From Clostridia bacterium (GTDB lineage Bacteria; Bacillota; Clostridia; Oscillospirales; CAG-272): a stretch of 64,000 bases of DNA. Where the stretch lies: the NCBI GenBank assembly GCA_017628875.1, contig JAGBYG010000017.1:14622-78621 (forward strand), written 5' to 3'. The notes under the pieces were generated by a model. That model did not search any database. It saw only the letters and a program-made list of their open reading frames with translations, and was not told the origin of the DNA. The position numbers and the translations under genes were made by a program. The first letter of the stretch is position 1. Each line of letters opens with the position of its first letter. Shown one piece after another: positions 20,602 to 30,248 of the stretch.

Positions 20602-21453
20602 ATGTACATTAGTGCCTGGGGAGAAAAGATTGTAACCGACAATATTCCCACCAACGATTATCTTGAACCGATCATGGCAGGAATCACCTATCCCAATCCC
20701 AATTACAGAATAATGCACAATATCTCAAAGGAATTCCCTTATGACTGTTACGTTTTCGAATACGTTGTCAAGGGAACGGGATATATCGAAACCCCCGAGA
20801 AAAAATATACGGTAACAGAAGGCGATTTTTACTTTTTAAATAAGCTTCGCTACCATATTTATTACTCTGACCCCGACGACCCTTACGAAAAAATTTTCAT
20901 TGTTTTAAAAGGGAAATTCGTTGATTTTCTCGTTTCCAATCATCTACTCAACGATAGCGTGTATATAAAAAAATGTAATATGCATAACTATATGATGCAC
21001 GTTATCAACCTTTTGAATCAAGATGACCCCATCAACTATGATAGACTTGCCATTTGCGTTTTGGAAATTTTCCAATTAGCATTTCCCTCTCCTTATCAAA
21101 CGCTATCGAACACCCGAAAAATCCCCGAGATGATCCGAAACTATATAGACGTCCATATCTATGAAAAGATCACATTGGAGGATATAAGCAACAATCTTTA
21201 TATAAGTAAATCACATATCGAAAGAGCGTTTAAAAAGGAATACGGAATAACACCGCTTGCCTATTGTGCCAACCAAAAAATTGTACAGGTTGCCTCAATG
21301 CTTGTAACCACGGACTATTCCCTCTCTCAAATATCGCAGCAGCTCGGCTTTTCTGACGTAAAATATATGTCAAAAAGCTTCAAAAAAATCATAGGCAAAA
21401 CCCCTATGCAATATAAACGCGAAGAACTCGCAAAAAGCAAAATAGTAAAATAA
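20602..21453 (+). CDS. AraC-family transcriptional regulator (cupin-like N-domain + HTH)
   Basis: C-terminal HTH ISQQLGFSDVKYMSKSFKKIIGKTPMQYKRE. Divergent from the glycan locus. Confidence 0.9.
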   Translation: MYISAWGEKIVTDNIPTNDYLEPIMAGITYPNPNYRIMHNISKEFPYDCYVFEYVVKGTGYIETPEKKYTVTEGDFYFLNKLRYHIYYSDPDDPYEKIFIVLKGKFVDFLVSNHLLNDSVYIKKCNMHNYMMHVINLLNQDDPINYDRLAICVLEIFQLAFPSPYQTLSNTRKIPEMIRNYIDVHIYEKITLEDISNNLYISKSHIERAFKKEYGITPLAYCANQKIVQVASMLVTTDYSLSQISQQLGFSDVKYMSKSFKKIIGKTPMQYKREELAKSKIVK

Positions 21454-21535
21454 ATTTGTAAAAAATGGCAGATCGCCATCTAAAATAAAAAAGGCAAGTG
21501 CGTTGGATTTTGCTCTTGCGGAAAGGTTAAAATTT

Positions 21536-23530
21536 ATGAAAAAAGCAATCACAATTATTTTGTTGCTTGTTGCAATCGTTCTTATATTTGCGGCATGCAA
21601 AGACGTTCCCGATGTAACAACCACAACAAAAGCTCCTCCAATCACCAATAGCGCAGAAATTATGGAAATCAAGTTGATTGGAGCAAAAACAAGCTTTGAT
21701 TTTACAGAAGAGTTCAACTCTGATGATTTGGTAGTAAGTGTTATTTTGACGGACGGTACCGAACGAATGTTGACCAAAGAAGACTATACGGTTTCAAAGG
21801 GTGAATACAATTCTATGAGAGCAGGAACATATACAGCTACGGTTAAAATCATCGGCACAAATCTTGCACAATCCTACGAAGTAAAAGTGAATCCAGCCAA
21901 TAAACTCAAAGTTCTTATGATAGGAAACTCATTTGCAGATGATACAATCAACTATGCTCATGAGATAGCAAAAAGCATTGGAATTCCTGAGGAAAATATT
22001 CTTGTAGCAGATATTTACATTGGCGGATGTGTTCTTAACACTCACTGGGCAAACGCGCAATCAAACGCTCCTGCTTACCGCTTTGGTCTCGAGCGCGAAG
22101 GTTGGTTCGACGGAAGCTCTTACACCAACTGGACTATGGAGCAAGCCATAAAATATGCAGATTGGGACTTCATCACGTTCCAACAAGGAAGTTCCGCCAG
22201 TGGCGATCCAAGTTCGTTCAGCAATCTTCAAAATTTAATGGACTACGTTTATGATATTGCTACCGACGAAGAAAACAACCCCAATGCTAACCCTGACGTA
22301 AAATTTGTATGGCATCAGACTTGGGCATATCAGCAAGGCACAACAGCAGCTCATTTCTCAAAATATAATTTTGACCAAATGACTATGTACAACGGAATTG
22401 TATCCTGTATAAAAAATTTTGTTTTGAATAAGAATTTCGTTGCCATCATTCCTAACGGCACTGCAATTCAAAACGCAAGAACCTCCAGCTATGGCGACAA
22501 CTTCAGCCGCGACCAACATAACCACTTAAGCTACGATGCAGGCAGATATATTGCCGCTATGAATCTTGTAAGCGTACTTACAGGCAGAGATATGTCTAAT
22601 TTAACTTGGAAGCCCACAGATAGTGGATTCAATTATCCATTGACCGAAAAGGAAATAGAGATTTGTAAAGAAAGCGTTGCAAATGCTATAGCAAATCCCC
22701 TTGAAATAACGAAATCAAAATATCCCGCAGCTCCCACCGACCTTTCCTCAATGTTCGAGGGCGAAGGAACTGAAGCAAATCCCTATCTTATTCAGAGTGC
22801 AGATGATATGTGGGCACTTTCTAACTACACCAAAGGAAAGAGCTTTACAGACAAAAATACATATTTCAAACTCACAGCAGACATAGACCTTAGTGCAGAA
22901 AATTGGAGACCCATCAGCTCTTCTGCCGAAGCCGGTTGGGTAAGCGTTCAAAACGGAAACGCAAATAGCTTTAACGGTAATTTTGACGGAAACGGAAAAA
23001 CCATTACGTTTGTAGGAAATTATACCGGTGACACTTGGGCTAAAGGACTTTTCGGAGCTATCGGAGGATACGTTCACGATTTGACACTTCGCGGCTCAAT
23101 CACTACAGAAAAAGGTAAGGTTGGTTCTCTTGCAGCTATGGCTATAACAGGTGCAAAAATCGAGAATATTACCTCTTATGTTGATATCACCGCAGGAAAC
23201 AACCAAGTTGGCGGTATCATCGGCTACATCGAATCAGATAACGTAACATTAACCAATTGTAAAAACTACGGAACGATCACAGCTCGCGAGCTCGTTGGAG
23301 GTATCCTTGGCGGCGGTTATAAAAACACACAATTTATAAATTGCGAAAACCACGGTGATGTAACGGCAACCTTAGTACGCGCAGGCGGTATTGCGGGCGA
23401 AAAATTTCCAGTGGCGACTTTCACCAACTGTACAAACACTGGAACAGTAATGGCAGGTGGTGTTGAAGCGACCTCAAACTCAGGTACATCAAGCAACTAC
23501 GCAGGTTACCTTTTTGGAGAAGAGAAATAA
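21536..23530 (+). CDS. Lipoprotein: Ig-like region + DUF4886/SGNH-like hydrolase fold + GLUG-motif module
   Basis: Start moved to MKKAITIILLLVAIVLIFAAC. KVLMIGNSFADDT motif. The C-terminal GTEANPYLIQSADD...FNGNFDGNGKTI...VGGIIGYI...VGGILGGG module is paralogous to the C-terminus of 3866-6406. Confidence 0.65.
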   Translation: MKKAITIILLLVAIVLIFAACKDVPDVTTTTKAPPITNSAEIMEIKLIGAKTSFDFTEEFNSDDLVVSVILTDGTERMLTKEDYTVSKGEYNSMRAGTYTATVKIIGTNLAQSYEVKVNPANKLKVLMIGNSFADDTINYAHEIAKSIGIPEENILVADIYIGGCVLNTHWANAQSNAPAYRFGLEREGWFDGSSYTNWTMEQAIKYADWDFITFQQGSSASGDPSSFSNLQNLMDYVYDIATDEENNPNANPDVKFVWHQTWAYQQGTTAAHFSKYNFDQMTMYNGIVSCIKNFVLNKNFVAIIPNGTAIQNARTSSYGDNFSRDQHNHLSYDAGRYIAAMNLVSVLTGRDMSNLTWKPTDSGFNYPLTEKEIEICKESVANAIANPLEITKSKYPAAPTDLSSMFEGEGTEANPYLIQSADDMWALSNYTKGKSFTDKNTYFKLTADIDLSAENWRPISSSAEAGWVSVQNGNANSFNGNFDGNGKTITFVGNYTGDTWAKGLFGAIGGYVHDLTLRGSITTEKGKVGSLAAMAITGAKIENITSYVDITAGNNQVGGIIGYIESDNVTLTNCKNYGTITARELVGGILGGGYKNTQFINCENHGDVTATLVRAGGIAGEKFPVATFTNCTNTGTVMAGGVEATSNSGTSSNYAGYLFGEEK

Positions 23531-23580
23531 ACATTTCGTACTTCACAACTATAATTAACAATAACTGATAAAAATCATAA

Positions 23581-23617
23581 TTCCCGCAAATCACACGATT
23601 TGCGGGAATATTTTTTT
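23581..23617 (+). terminator. Rho-independent terminator
   Basis: Arms TTCCCGCAAATC and GATTTGCGGGAA flank the loop acac and are followed by TATTTTTTT. Confidence 0.8.
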
Positions 23618-23748
23618 AGAAATTCTAAATTGAGCAATTATTCAAATTGTTTGCGAAATTCTTTGGATTTTTTATCATTATTTGTTGAAAATTATTATTA
23701 TTTATGATACAATTATATAAATAAACAAATTTAAGCATCGAGGCATAT

Positions 23749-24855
23749 ATGAGATTAGAACGACTTTCAACATCAAATGCTCATTTATTTGAGCAAACTT
23801 TCAAGTTATATCAATCCTCTTTTCCCGTAGAAGAAAGACGAGACGACTTAGAACAACAACGTGTTCTAAAAAAAGAGGACTATCATTTCGATCTTATTAT
23901 GAAAAATGATAGCTTCATTGGTGTTATGCTCTATTGGGAAACGGAAAATTTCGTTTTTTTAGAGCACTTTACTACCTTGCCCGAATTAAGAGGCAAAGGG
24001 TATGGCAAAGAAGCTTTGGATTTACTAAAAGAGAAAAATAAAATTATTTTATTGGAAATCGAGCCACCCGTTGACAATATTACGCAACGAAGATATGCTT
24101 TTTACAAACGTAATGGATTTTTTATGAATCCTTATCACCATATTCAAGCTAAATACCATCTTGGAGATGAAGATCTTGAACTCAAAGTCTTAACTTATCC
24201 TCGAATTATGGAAAAAGATGAATACCGCTCGTTTTATGAATATATGACTCGAGAAATAGGTATCAATCCGAATGTGTCCCAAGAGATTACCGTTCGCAAG
24301 CTTCAAGATGGCGATGATATTAATCAAGTAGCTAAATTGATTTATTTAACCGACCCCTACGTTTATCCCAATTGGTTCGATAGTATAGATGATGGAATTA
24401 AGGTTATTCGTCAAATGATCGATTTGCCTACGCTCTATAATAGAGAAAACATAACCGTTGCAGTAACTCATGACGGTTTTGTAGCAGGCGTAATAGTATC
24501 CAAGCAGACCCCATTTGTTGAGGAGATAAGCCATATTAAACAGGCCTTCAAACTTGCAGGAGTAAAAATTGACGAAAGAACCGATTTTGTCTTTGATGCA
24601 TACTATGCCAAAATGGGTATGAGCGAAGACGGATATTATATTGCAAACGTTGCTGTTGACGAAAATTATCGCAAAAGAGGCATTGCCGCAGCAATGATGA
24701 GCTCTATAATAGAGCCAAAAAGCTTTTGCACACTTGAATGCGTTGTTGCTAACACCGTTTCTTTAAGATTATATCAAAGAATGGGATATAAAATTGCTTT
24801 TGAATATCCCGGTGTGCACGGAATTCCTTGCTATAAAATGTATTATCAAAAATAA
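23749..24855 (+). CDS. Tandem GNAT N-acetyltransferase (two acetyl-CoA-binding motifs)
   Basis: LRGKGYGKEAL in the N-terminal half and YRKRGIAAAMM in the C-terminal half are both Q/RxxGxG/A-type motif A. Confidence 0.75.
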   Translation: MRLERLSTSNAHLFEQTFKLYQSSFPVEERRDDLEQQRVLKKEDYHFDLIMKNDSFIGVMLYWETENFVFLEHFTTLPELRGKGYGKEALDLLKEKNKIILLEIEPPVDNITQRRYAFYKRNGFFMNPYHHIQAKYHLGDEDLELKVLTYPRIMEKDEYRSFYEYMTREIGINPNVSQEITVRKLQDGDDINQVAKLIYLTDPYVYPNWFDSIDDGIKVIRQMIDLPTLYNRENITVAVTHDGFVAGVIVSKQTPFVEEISHIKQAFKLAGVKIDERTDFVFDAYYAKMGMSEDGYYIANVAVDENYRKRGIAAAMMSSIIEPKSFCTLECVVANTVSLRLYQRMGYKIAFEYPGVHGIPCYKMYYQK

Positions 24856-24872
24856 AAAAACAGGAGCTATAT

Positions 24873-26189
24873 ATGGATATTTTTATTAGCTATAGACGCG
24901 AGGGCGGTTACGCGATGGCGCGCTTGGTTTATGAGTGCCTTCGTAACACAGGTCTTTCGATATTTTTGGATTTGGAAGAACTCAGATCCGGACAATTTAA
25001 TGAAAAACTTTATCAAGAAATCGATAAATGCAAAAACTTTCTTTTAATCTTGCCCCCCAATTCATTGAATCGCTGCAAAGAAGAAAACGATTGGTTAAGA
25101 CTTGAAATAGAATATGCAATAAAACAAAAGAAGAATATTATACCCGTAATGATGGTTGGATTTGAGTTTCCTGACGATCTGCCTCCTTCTTTACAAATCC
25201 TTCCGTTCTTTAATGGAGTGAAGTCCAGTCACGAGTATTTTGATGCAACAATCAAAAAAATTGTATCAATGCTTCGTGATATAAAACTCGACGAAAGTAA
25301 AATAAATATAAATGAACGACACGATGACGTGCGTTACTATTATGACGAGGATGAACAAGAAAAACATCGATTGCGTACCGAAGATGCTTTGCTTGCAAGC
25401 TATGAAAAACCAATAGTTGAAAAACTTTTAGAAGGAAAATCAAACGTTGTCTGCCTTGACGTTAACGTTTTGAGTACTACCGGTTCATTTGCTCGTTTGT
25501 CATATCCGGAAATAACAAATGTTATAGCACTTACTTATAACGAAGATATTGCAATAAGAGGCAATTCTAAAAAGGATACTGCAGGAGATAACGGCAATAT
25601 TGATTTCTTTCAAGTTCAATTTGAGGCAGATGATTTTGATACACAGCTTGAAAAATGTTTAGAGATCGCAGGCGTTGACGGGATCGATCTTGTATGTTTA
25701 AGTATGGCGATTATGGACTTGAAAAAGCCCTTTAAGGTTCTTCAGGCAATTCAAAATTGCTTGAATGATGATGCTGTAATGATTGTTAGAGATGTGGATG
25801 ATGGCGCTGTATTTGCCTACCCTGACAAAAACGGATTGTTCGCCAAATTCCAGTCATTCTATATACACAATATATACAGCGGTTACCGATACACAGGCAG
25901 ACAAGTTTACTCTTATGTGAGAAAAATGGAGCCCCGCGAAATTGTGCTTGAACATTATGGCATAAACACTTCAAATATGTCACGAAAAGACAAAAAAGCT
26001 CTCTTCGAATCTTGGTTCAGCTTTATCCCAAACGATTTTTCTCGTATGTTAAGAGAAAATCCGGAATCGAAAATTGCCAAAGAGGTTGTGGAGTTTTGCG
26101 AAAAGCATTATGACGATTTAAATGAACAATTCTTCTCAAGAGATGTTTTGTTCTCAGCCGGATATATAATTTATTCTGTAAAGTTTTAA
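24873..26189 (+). CDS. TIR-domain protein with a C-terminal alpha/beta domain resembling a degenerate class I methyltransferase fold
   Basis: N-terminus DIFISYRREGGYAMARLVYECLRNTGLSIFLD...NDWLRLEIEYAI is a classic TIR. The C-terminal VVCLDVNVLSTTG...IDLVCLSMAIMDLKKPFKVLQAIQNCLNDDAVMIVRDVDDG call is tentative. Confidence 0.8.
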   Translation: MDIFISYRREGGYAMARLVYECLRNTGLSIFLDLEELRSGQFNEKLYQEIDKCKNFLLILPPNSLNRCKEENDWLRLEIEYAIKQKKNIIPVMMVGFEFPDDLPPSLQILPFFNGVKSSHEYFDATIKKIVSMLRDIKLDESKININERHDDVRYYYDEDEQEKHRLRTEDALLASYEKPIVEKLLEGKSNVVCLDVNVLSTTGSFARLSYPEITNVIALTYNEDIAIRGNSKKDTAGDNGNIDFFQVQFEADDFDTQLEKCLEIAGVDGIDLVCLSMAIMDLKKPFKVLQAIQNCLNDDAVMIVRDVDDGAVFAYPDKNGLFAKFQSFYIHNIYSGYRYTGRQVYSYVRKMEPREIVLEHYGINTSNMSRKDKKALFESWFSFIPNDFSRMLRENPESKIAKEVVEFCEKHYDDLNEQFFSRDVLFSAGYIIYSVKF

Positions 26190-26225
26190 TACATTTATTA
26201 CTTGTATCGAAAGGATTTATAATCA

Positions 26226-26882
26226 GTGTTAAAAACAAAAATGCTCTCAATACTTGGAGATAGTGTATCAACATACAAAGGCGTCTCCAATGATGCTTCT
26301 GCAAATTCTACACTCATATACAATCCCTATTATTATCAAGAGCCCCTGCCAATTGAAAAAACATATTGGAAGCTTGTAATGGAGGCATTTGATTTAACGC
26401 TGTGTGTGAACAATTCCTGGTCAGGTGGAAATTTAAGTGGATTAGATAATCCAAACTCTGGAGTAAACCGTGCAAATAATCTTGCTCGCGATGACGGAAG
26501 CACCCCTGATCTCATTATAGTTTTTATGGGGATGAATGATTTAGGACGATGTGTAGACGTCTCTGTTTTCTCCGTTGATTACGAACGAACACTAATGACT
26601 ATTAAGAAAAAGTATCCTCGCGCGTTTGTGTGCTGTGTCAATCTTCCTGATAGGGATATAGTAATGAAAAAAAGAACTGAATTATTCAACACTGCTATCG
26701 ATGCTGCTGTAAAGCACGCAGGTGAAAATTTCTTCGTTGCTGATTTATTTCACAGCCGTTTAAACAATGACTATTATTATATGAATACATTAGATGGTCT
26801 TCATCCTGATGAAGACGGTATGAGAATGATTGCAGAGGTTATTAAAGAATCACTAACACAGCATTATTTTGAAAAAGAATAA
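26226..26882 (+). CDS. SGNH/GDSL hydrolase
   Basis: Block I LSILGDSVS, block III GMNDL, block V DGLHPDEDG. GTG start behind an AAAGGA RBS. Confidence 0.75.
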   Translation: MLKTKMLSILGDSVSTYKGVSNDASANSTLIYNPYYYQEPLPIEKTYWKLVMEAFDLTLCVNNSWSGGNLSGLDNPNSGVNRANNLARDDGSTPDLIIVFMGMNDLGRCVDVSVFSVDYERTLMTIKKKYPRAFVCCVNLPDRDIVMKKRTELFNTAIDAAVKHAGENFFVADLFHSRLNNDYYYMNTLDGLHPDEDGMRMIAEVIKESLTQHYFEKE

Positions 26883-26884
26883 AG

Positions 26885-26922
26885 AAAAAGCATACCACTC
26901 AATTCGAATGGTATGCTTTTTT
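26885..26922. terminator. Bidirectional terminator between convergent genes
   Basis: Arms AAAAAGCATACCA and TGGTATGCTTTTTT flank an 11-nt loop. A-run and T-run on either side. Confidence 0.75.
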
Positions 26923-27523
26923 ATTGTCGGTTATATGCTTCCAAAAGTAAGTTTTTATCTTCTTGGTTATCAAGGGCTTGAAGTTTAAAATTCATATTGT
27001 TTTCTATCAATTCATCAAATGTAACCGGTGCAAATCCGTTTATATCAACCCCGGCATTCAAAGCATTAAACTGCAAAAACAACTGTCTATATTCTTCAGC
27101 AACTCTGTTATGAATATGACCGTGTATCAGATATCCGAGCTTGCGCTTTGATACTTCCCTACTCGATCTCCATTCAAGCATAGGATAGTGGCACATCGTA
27201 ATTGGATGCCCGTTAAGATGCACCTCTAAATATGGAACAATCTCTTCAAAATACTTTTGACACTCTTCTCTTTTTGCCCAAGTAGAATCGTGATTTCCTG
27301 CAATAAGAATTTTCCTTCCGGAAAGCTGCTCCATATAATATGCAACCTTCTTTTTATCCCAAACCACATCACCTATTAAATAAACAACGTCGTTTTTCTT
27401 GACCTTGCAATTCCAATTTTCTATTAGCTTTGCGTCCATTTCATCGACATCCTTAAATGGTCGGTTACACAAATCAACTATATTCTTATGCCCTAAATGA
27501 AGGTCTGATGCGAATAGTATCAT
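26921..27523 (-). CDS. Calcineurin-like metallophosphoesterase (small YfcE/phage-type)
   Basis: ILFASDLHLGH, IGDVVWD, AGNHDS and GHIHN motifs. RBS AAAGGAG. Confidence 0.8.
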   Translation of the reverse strand: MILFASDLHLGHKNIVDLCNRPFKDVDEMDAKLIENWNCKVKKNDVVYLIGDVVWDKKKVAYYMEQLSGRKILIAGNHDSTWAKREECQKYFEEIVPYLEVHLNGHPITMCHYPMLEWRSSREVSKRKLGYLIHGHIHNRVAEEYRQLFLQFNALNAGVDINGFAPVTFDELIENNMNFKLQALDNQEDKNLLLEAYNRQ

Positions 27524-28500
27524 TCAGCACTCCTTTCTATACTCATAGATTTTACAAACTGCTGTTCAGAAGATATCAAAGCTATAGCCATTTTTTCGGC
27601 CTTGGTTGCAACGTCATCGTCATTATTTGTAACATCGTTCCAATCAATTAATTGAATACCGGTTTCCACTATGCGTATATAATTTTCTATAAAGTTATCT
27701 TGTGCTTCGAAATACTCCTCTATGGATGCGCTGTCACCATTCACTCTGAATTGAACACCGGTATATACTTCTTCCCAAGATGAGTAAATACCATTTTCAA
27801 TTTCTTCCTTAGTTAAGGGAATTTCTACGGCATTAATATCATAATAGGCGTACATCAAACTCGTCTCGTGTAAATATTTATCATTTCCACCCATTGTATG
27901 GGTAATTGTCGCCTTATGAACCAAACGAATTTTTCCCATCCAACCGCTTCGCCATTCAAATTGACCAATCGCCTCGTACATGCCTGTCAACTGATTAAAA
28001 TATATGCACCACGAATTGCTATGACCTCCATCCAACGTACCAATTTCTTTTCCACTTAAGATATCATATACATAATAAAACGCGTTACCCGCTGAACCGC
28101 CACCGACATTAACCAACAATTCCGGAATTCCATCTGTATTTATATCAAACAATGCAAGCTGATATCCGTTCTCTATGCAAGGGCGATCCGGATATAGATA
28201 GGAATACCATTTAATCCCTTTACCCTCATCATAAATTGCTATCTTTTGATTATTCAGTAAGGATACCAAAGCATCCTTCCATTCGGATTTTTCTTCAACG
28301 GATACAAAATCAAAATCAACGTATTTAGTTTGATAAATATATTTTATCTTTTCAATCTCTTCGTTATTATCATCGGTCAAAACCTCATTAGTGTTGTTAC
28401 TTGCTTCCTTTTCTGCGGTTTTATAGTTAATATTTTTAACAAGTAATATACAAATAGCAATTATAAGTATTACAATTATAATATCTTTAATTTTCATCAT
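27520..28500 (-). CDS. N-terminally membrane-anchored hypothetical protein
   Basis: TM helix IIIVILIIAICILLV. Contains FDINTDGIPELLVNVGGG. ATGA overlap with the downstream gene. The start may be the second ATG (28497). Confidence 0.5.
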   Translation of the reverse strand: MMKIKDIIIVILIIAICILLVKNINYKTAEKEASNNTNEVLTDDNNEEIEKIKYIYQTKYVDFDFVSVEEKSEWKDALVSLLNNQKIAIYDEGKGIKWYSYLYPDRPCIENGYQLALFDINTDGIPELLVNVGGGSAGNAFYYVYDILSGKEIGTLDGGHSNSWCIYFNQLTGMYEAIGQFEWRSGWMGKIRLVHKATITHTMGGNDKYLHETSLMYAYYDINAVEIPLTKEEIENGIYSSWEEVYTGVQFRVNGDSASIEEYFEAQDNFIENYIRIVETGIQLIDWNDVTNNDDDVATKAEKMAIALISSEQQFVKSMSIERSAE

Positions 28501-29143
28501 TAATCCTCGTATGGTTCAAATCTCCATTTGACGGTATGGCTCTCGGAGTATCATAAATTGAAGGCACAGAACCTCCTGAAAACCAAACAAACATATAAGT
28601 CGCTCCAATCACCTTATCATTTTCATCAATGCCCCACGCCAACATCAATTGACGTTCACTTTCTTCGCAACGGGTCTTATATCTTTGATAAAACTGCTGC
28701 GCCTTTTCTTCGTCCTTTTCAACTCCGCAATAACCGTTTTTATAGAAAATATATAGTTCATAGTCGGCAGCTGCAAGACCTGCATTCGAGGCAGCAACAA
28801 ACCAGTTCATAGCTTCTTGATAATTTTTCTTAAATGCGAACAAATAAAGTGCATAGTTCATCATTGCAAGCTCATTTCCAAGCTCGGCAGAACGCTTAAA
28901 GCACCTCGCTGCTCTCTCAAAACACCTCTTACCCTTTCGTTCATAGGGCTCGTAGTGCTTTTGCATATCATAATAGTATTCGTAGTTTTTATGGTCAAAT
29001 CTATCGCTTTTGGTAGCCATAGCAATACCACGCTTATACCATTTTAAAGCACTCGTAGTACCCTTAGACATTTCTCCCTCTTGGCGATATCTCTTACACA
29101 AATTTACTCTTTCAATAAGTTCATACTCTTCTTTTCGTTTCAT
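28487..29143 (-). CDS. Sel1/TPR-like repeat protein
   Basis: SAELGNELAMMNYALYLF...EAMNWFVAASNAGLAAADYELYIFY is Sel1-like. 14-nt overlap with the downstream gene. Confidence 0.6.
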   Translation of the reverse strand: MKRKEEYELIERVNLCKRYRQEGEMSKGTTSALKWYKRGIAMATKSDRFDHKNYEYYYDMQKHYEPYERKGKRCFERAARCFKRSAELGNELAMMNYALYLFAFKKNYQEAMNWFVAASNAGLAAADYELYIFYKNGYCGVEKDEEKAQQFYQRYKTRCEESERQLMLAWGIDENDKVIGATYMFVWFSGGSVPSIYDTPRAIPSNGDLNHTRINDEN

Positions 29144-29208
29144 AATTACCCCTTATCACTTACATCTTAAAGACGCCTCTCCCACAAATGCTTTATTAGT
29201 CTTCAAAG

Positions 29209-30213
29209 CTAATCATTTGTAGACAATCTCTTTGAAAAATCCACTATTGTTTCAATCAGCTCCAAATTGTTAAGAAATTTTTCAGGAATATTTTTCACAC
29301 CTAAATATGCCCCGATAATATTCCCCGCTACCGCTCCGGTTGAATCGCTATCTCCACTGTGATTGACGGCGGCAACTACAACTTTTTCAAAATCATTTTT
29401 ATACTTCAAGCAACAATAAACAGCAATAGCTAAAGTTTCCTCGGCTACCCAGCCCGCTCCAAGTTCTCGTATGGCATCAAGATCATCAATGTCTTGCTTC
29501 GATAGGTCAATTGCTTTTTGCAAAAGGTCAAGAACTTCTGATATGTGTTCACTTTGCTTGAACAAACTGGGGACAACTTTTATTGCATCCTCAACTGCAT
29601 CCAAAAGACAAAATCCCTCAAAAATGCGATACAAAATGTGTACAAAGAAAGACGATGGGATATATCCAAGCTCGTGCCCGTGAGTGATTGCTGAAGCTCT
29701 TGCTGCCAACATATCAGCTTCAACACACGCTATTTTTCTGTTATAACAATAGATCGCAATCGGAGCAACACGCATTATACCTCCGCATCCTTTACTCGAA
29801 TTTATAGGGTTTTCGATTGTTCCGCACGCTCTACTTTTCAATGCACTCAAGCAAGTATTGCCTGGAGCGCGAGAATCATAGATACAAGGGATGCTTAATA
29901 AACCGTCGTCGGCTATAGGCGTTTTCAACATTTGCGTCTTATACCAATTCAAATAGGCATTATAAATGGATTCAATAACGATTGAGTGATTTTGAGCAGT
30001 TAACAGTCCTTCTGCCGTAAACAAAGTCATTTGTGTGTCATCCGAAATTAATGCTATTCCATTAAACAAATGATAAGCGGTAATACCATTCTCACCATAT
30101 TTTTCAAATATTCTAAAGTCTTCGTCAAACTCAACAGCATAGCCAAGAGCATCACCCGCGGCTCCTCCAACCAAACAGCCGATTGCTTTCATTTGTTCTT
30201 CATTTAAAATCAT
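29209..30213 (-). CDS. ADP-ribosylglycohydrolase family protein (DraG/ARH-like)
   Basis: GCLVGGAAGDALGYAVEF, ISDDTQMTLF and HSGDSDSTGAVAGNIIGAYLG. Start set at ATG 30213 (AAGGAA 8 nt upstream). The track ORF extends to 30240. Confidence 0.85.
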   Translation of the reverse strand: MILNEEQMKAIGCLVGGAAGDALGYAVEFDEDFRIFEKYGENGITAYHLFNGIALISDDTQMTLFTAEGLLTAQNHSIVIESIYNAYLNWYKTQMLKTPIADDGLLSIPCIYDSRAPGNTCLSALKSRACGTIENPINSSKGCGGIMRVAPIAIYCYNRKIACVEADMLAARASAITHGHELGYIPSSFFVHILYRIFEGFCLLDAVEDAIKVVPSLFKQSEHISEVLDLLQKAIDLSKQDIDDLDAIRELGAGWVAEETLAIAVYCCLKYKNDFEKVVVAAVNHSGDSDSTGAVAGNIIGAYLGVKNIPEKFLNNLELIETIVDFSKRLSTND

Positions 30214-30248
30214 AGTCATTCTTCCTTTAAACTTTAACACAATCTCTT

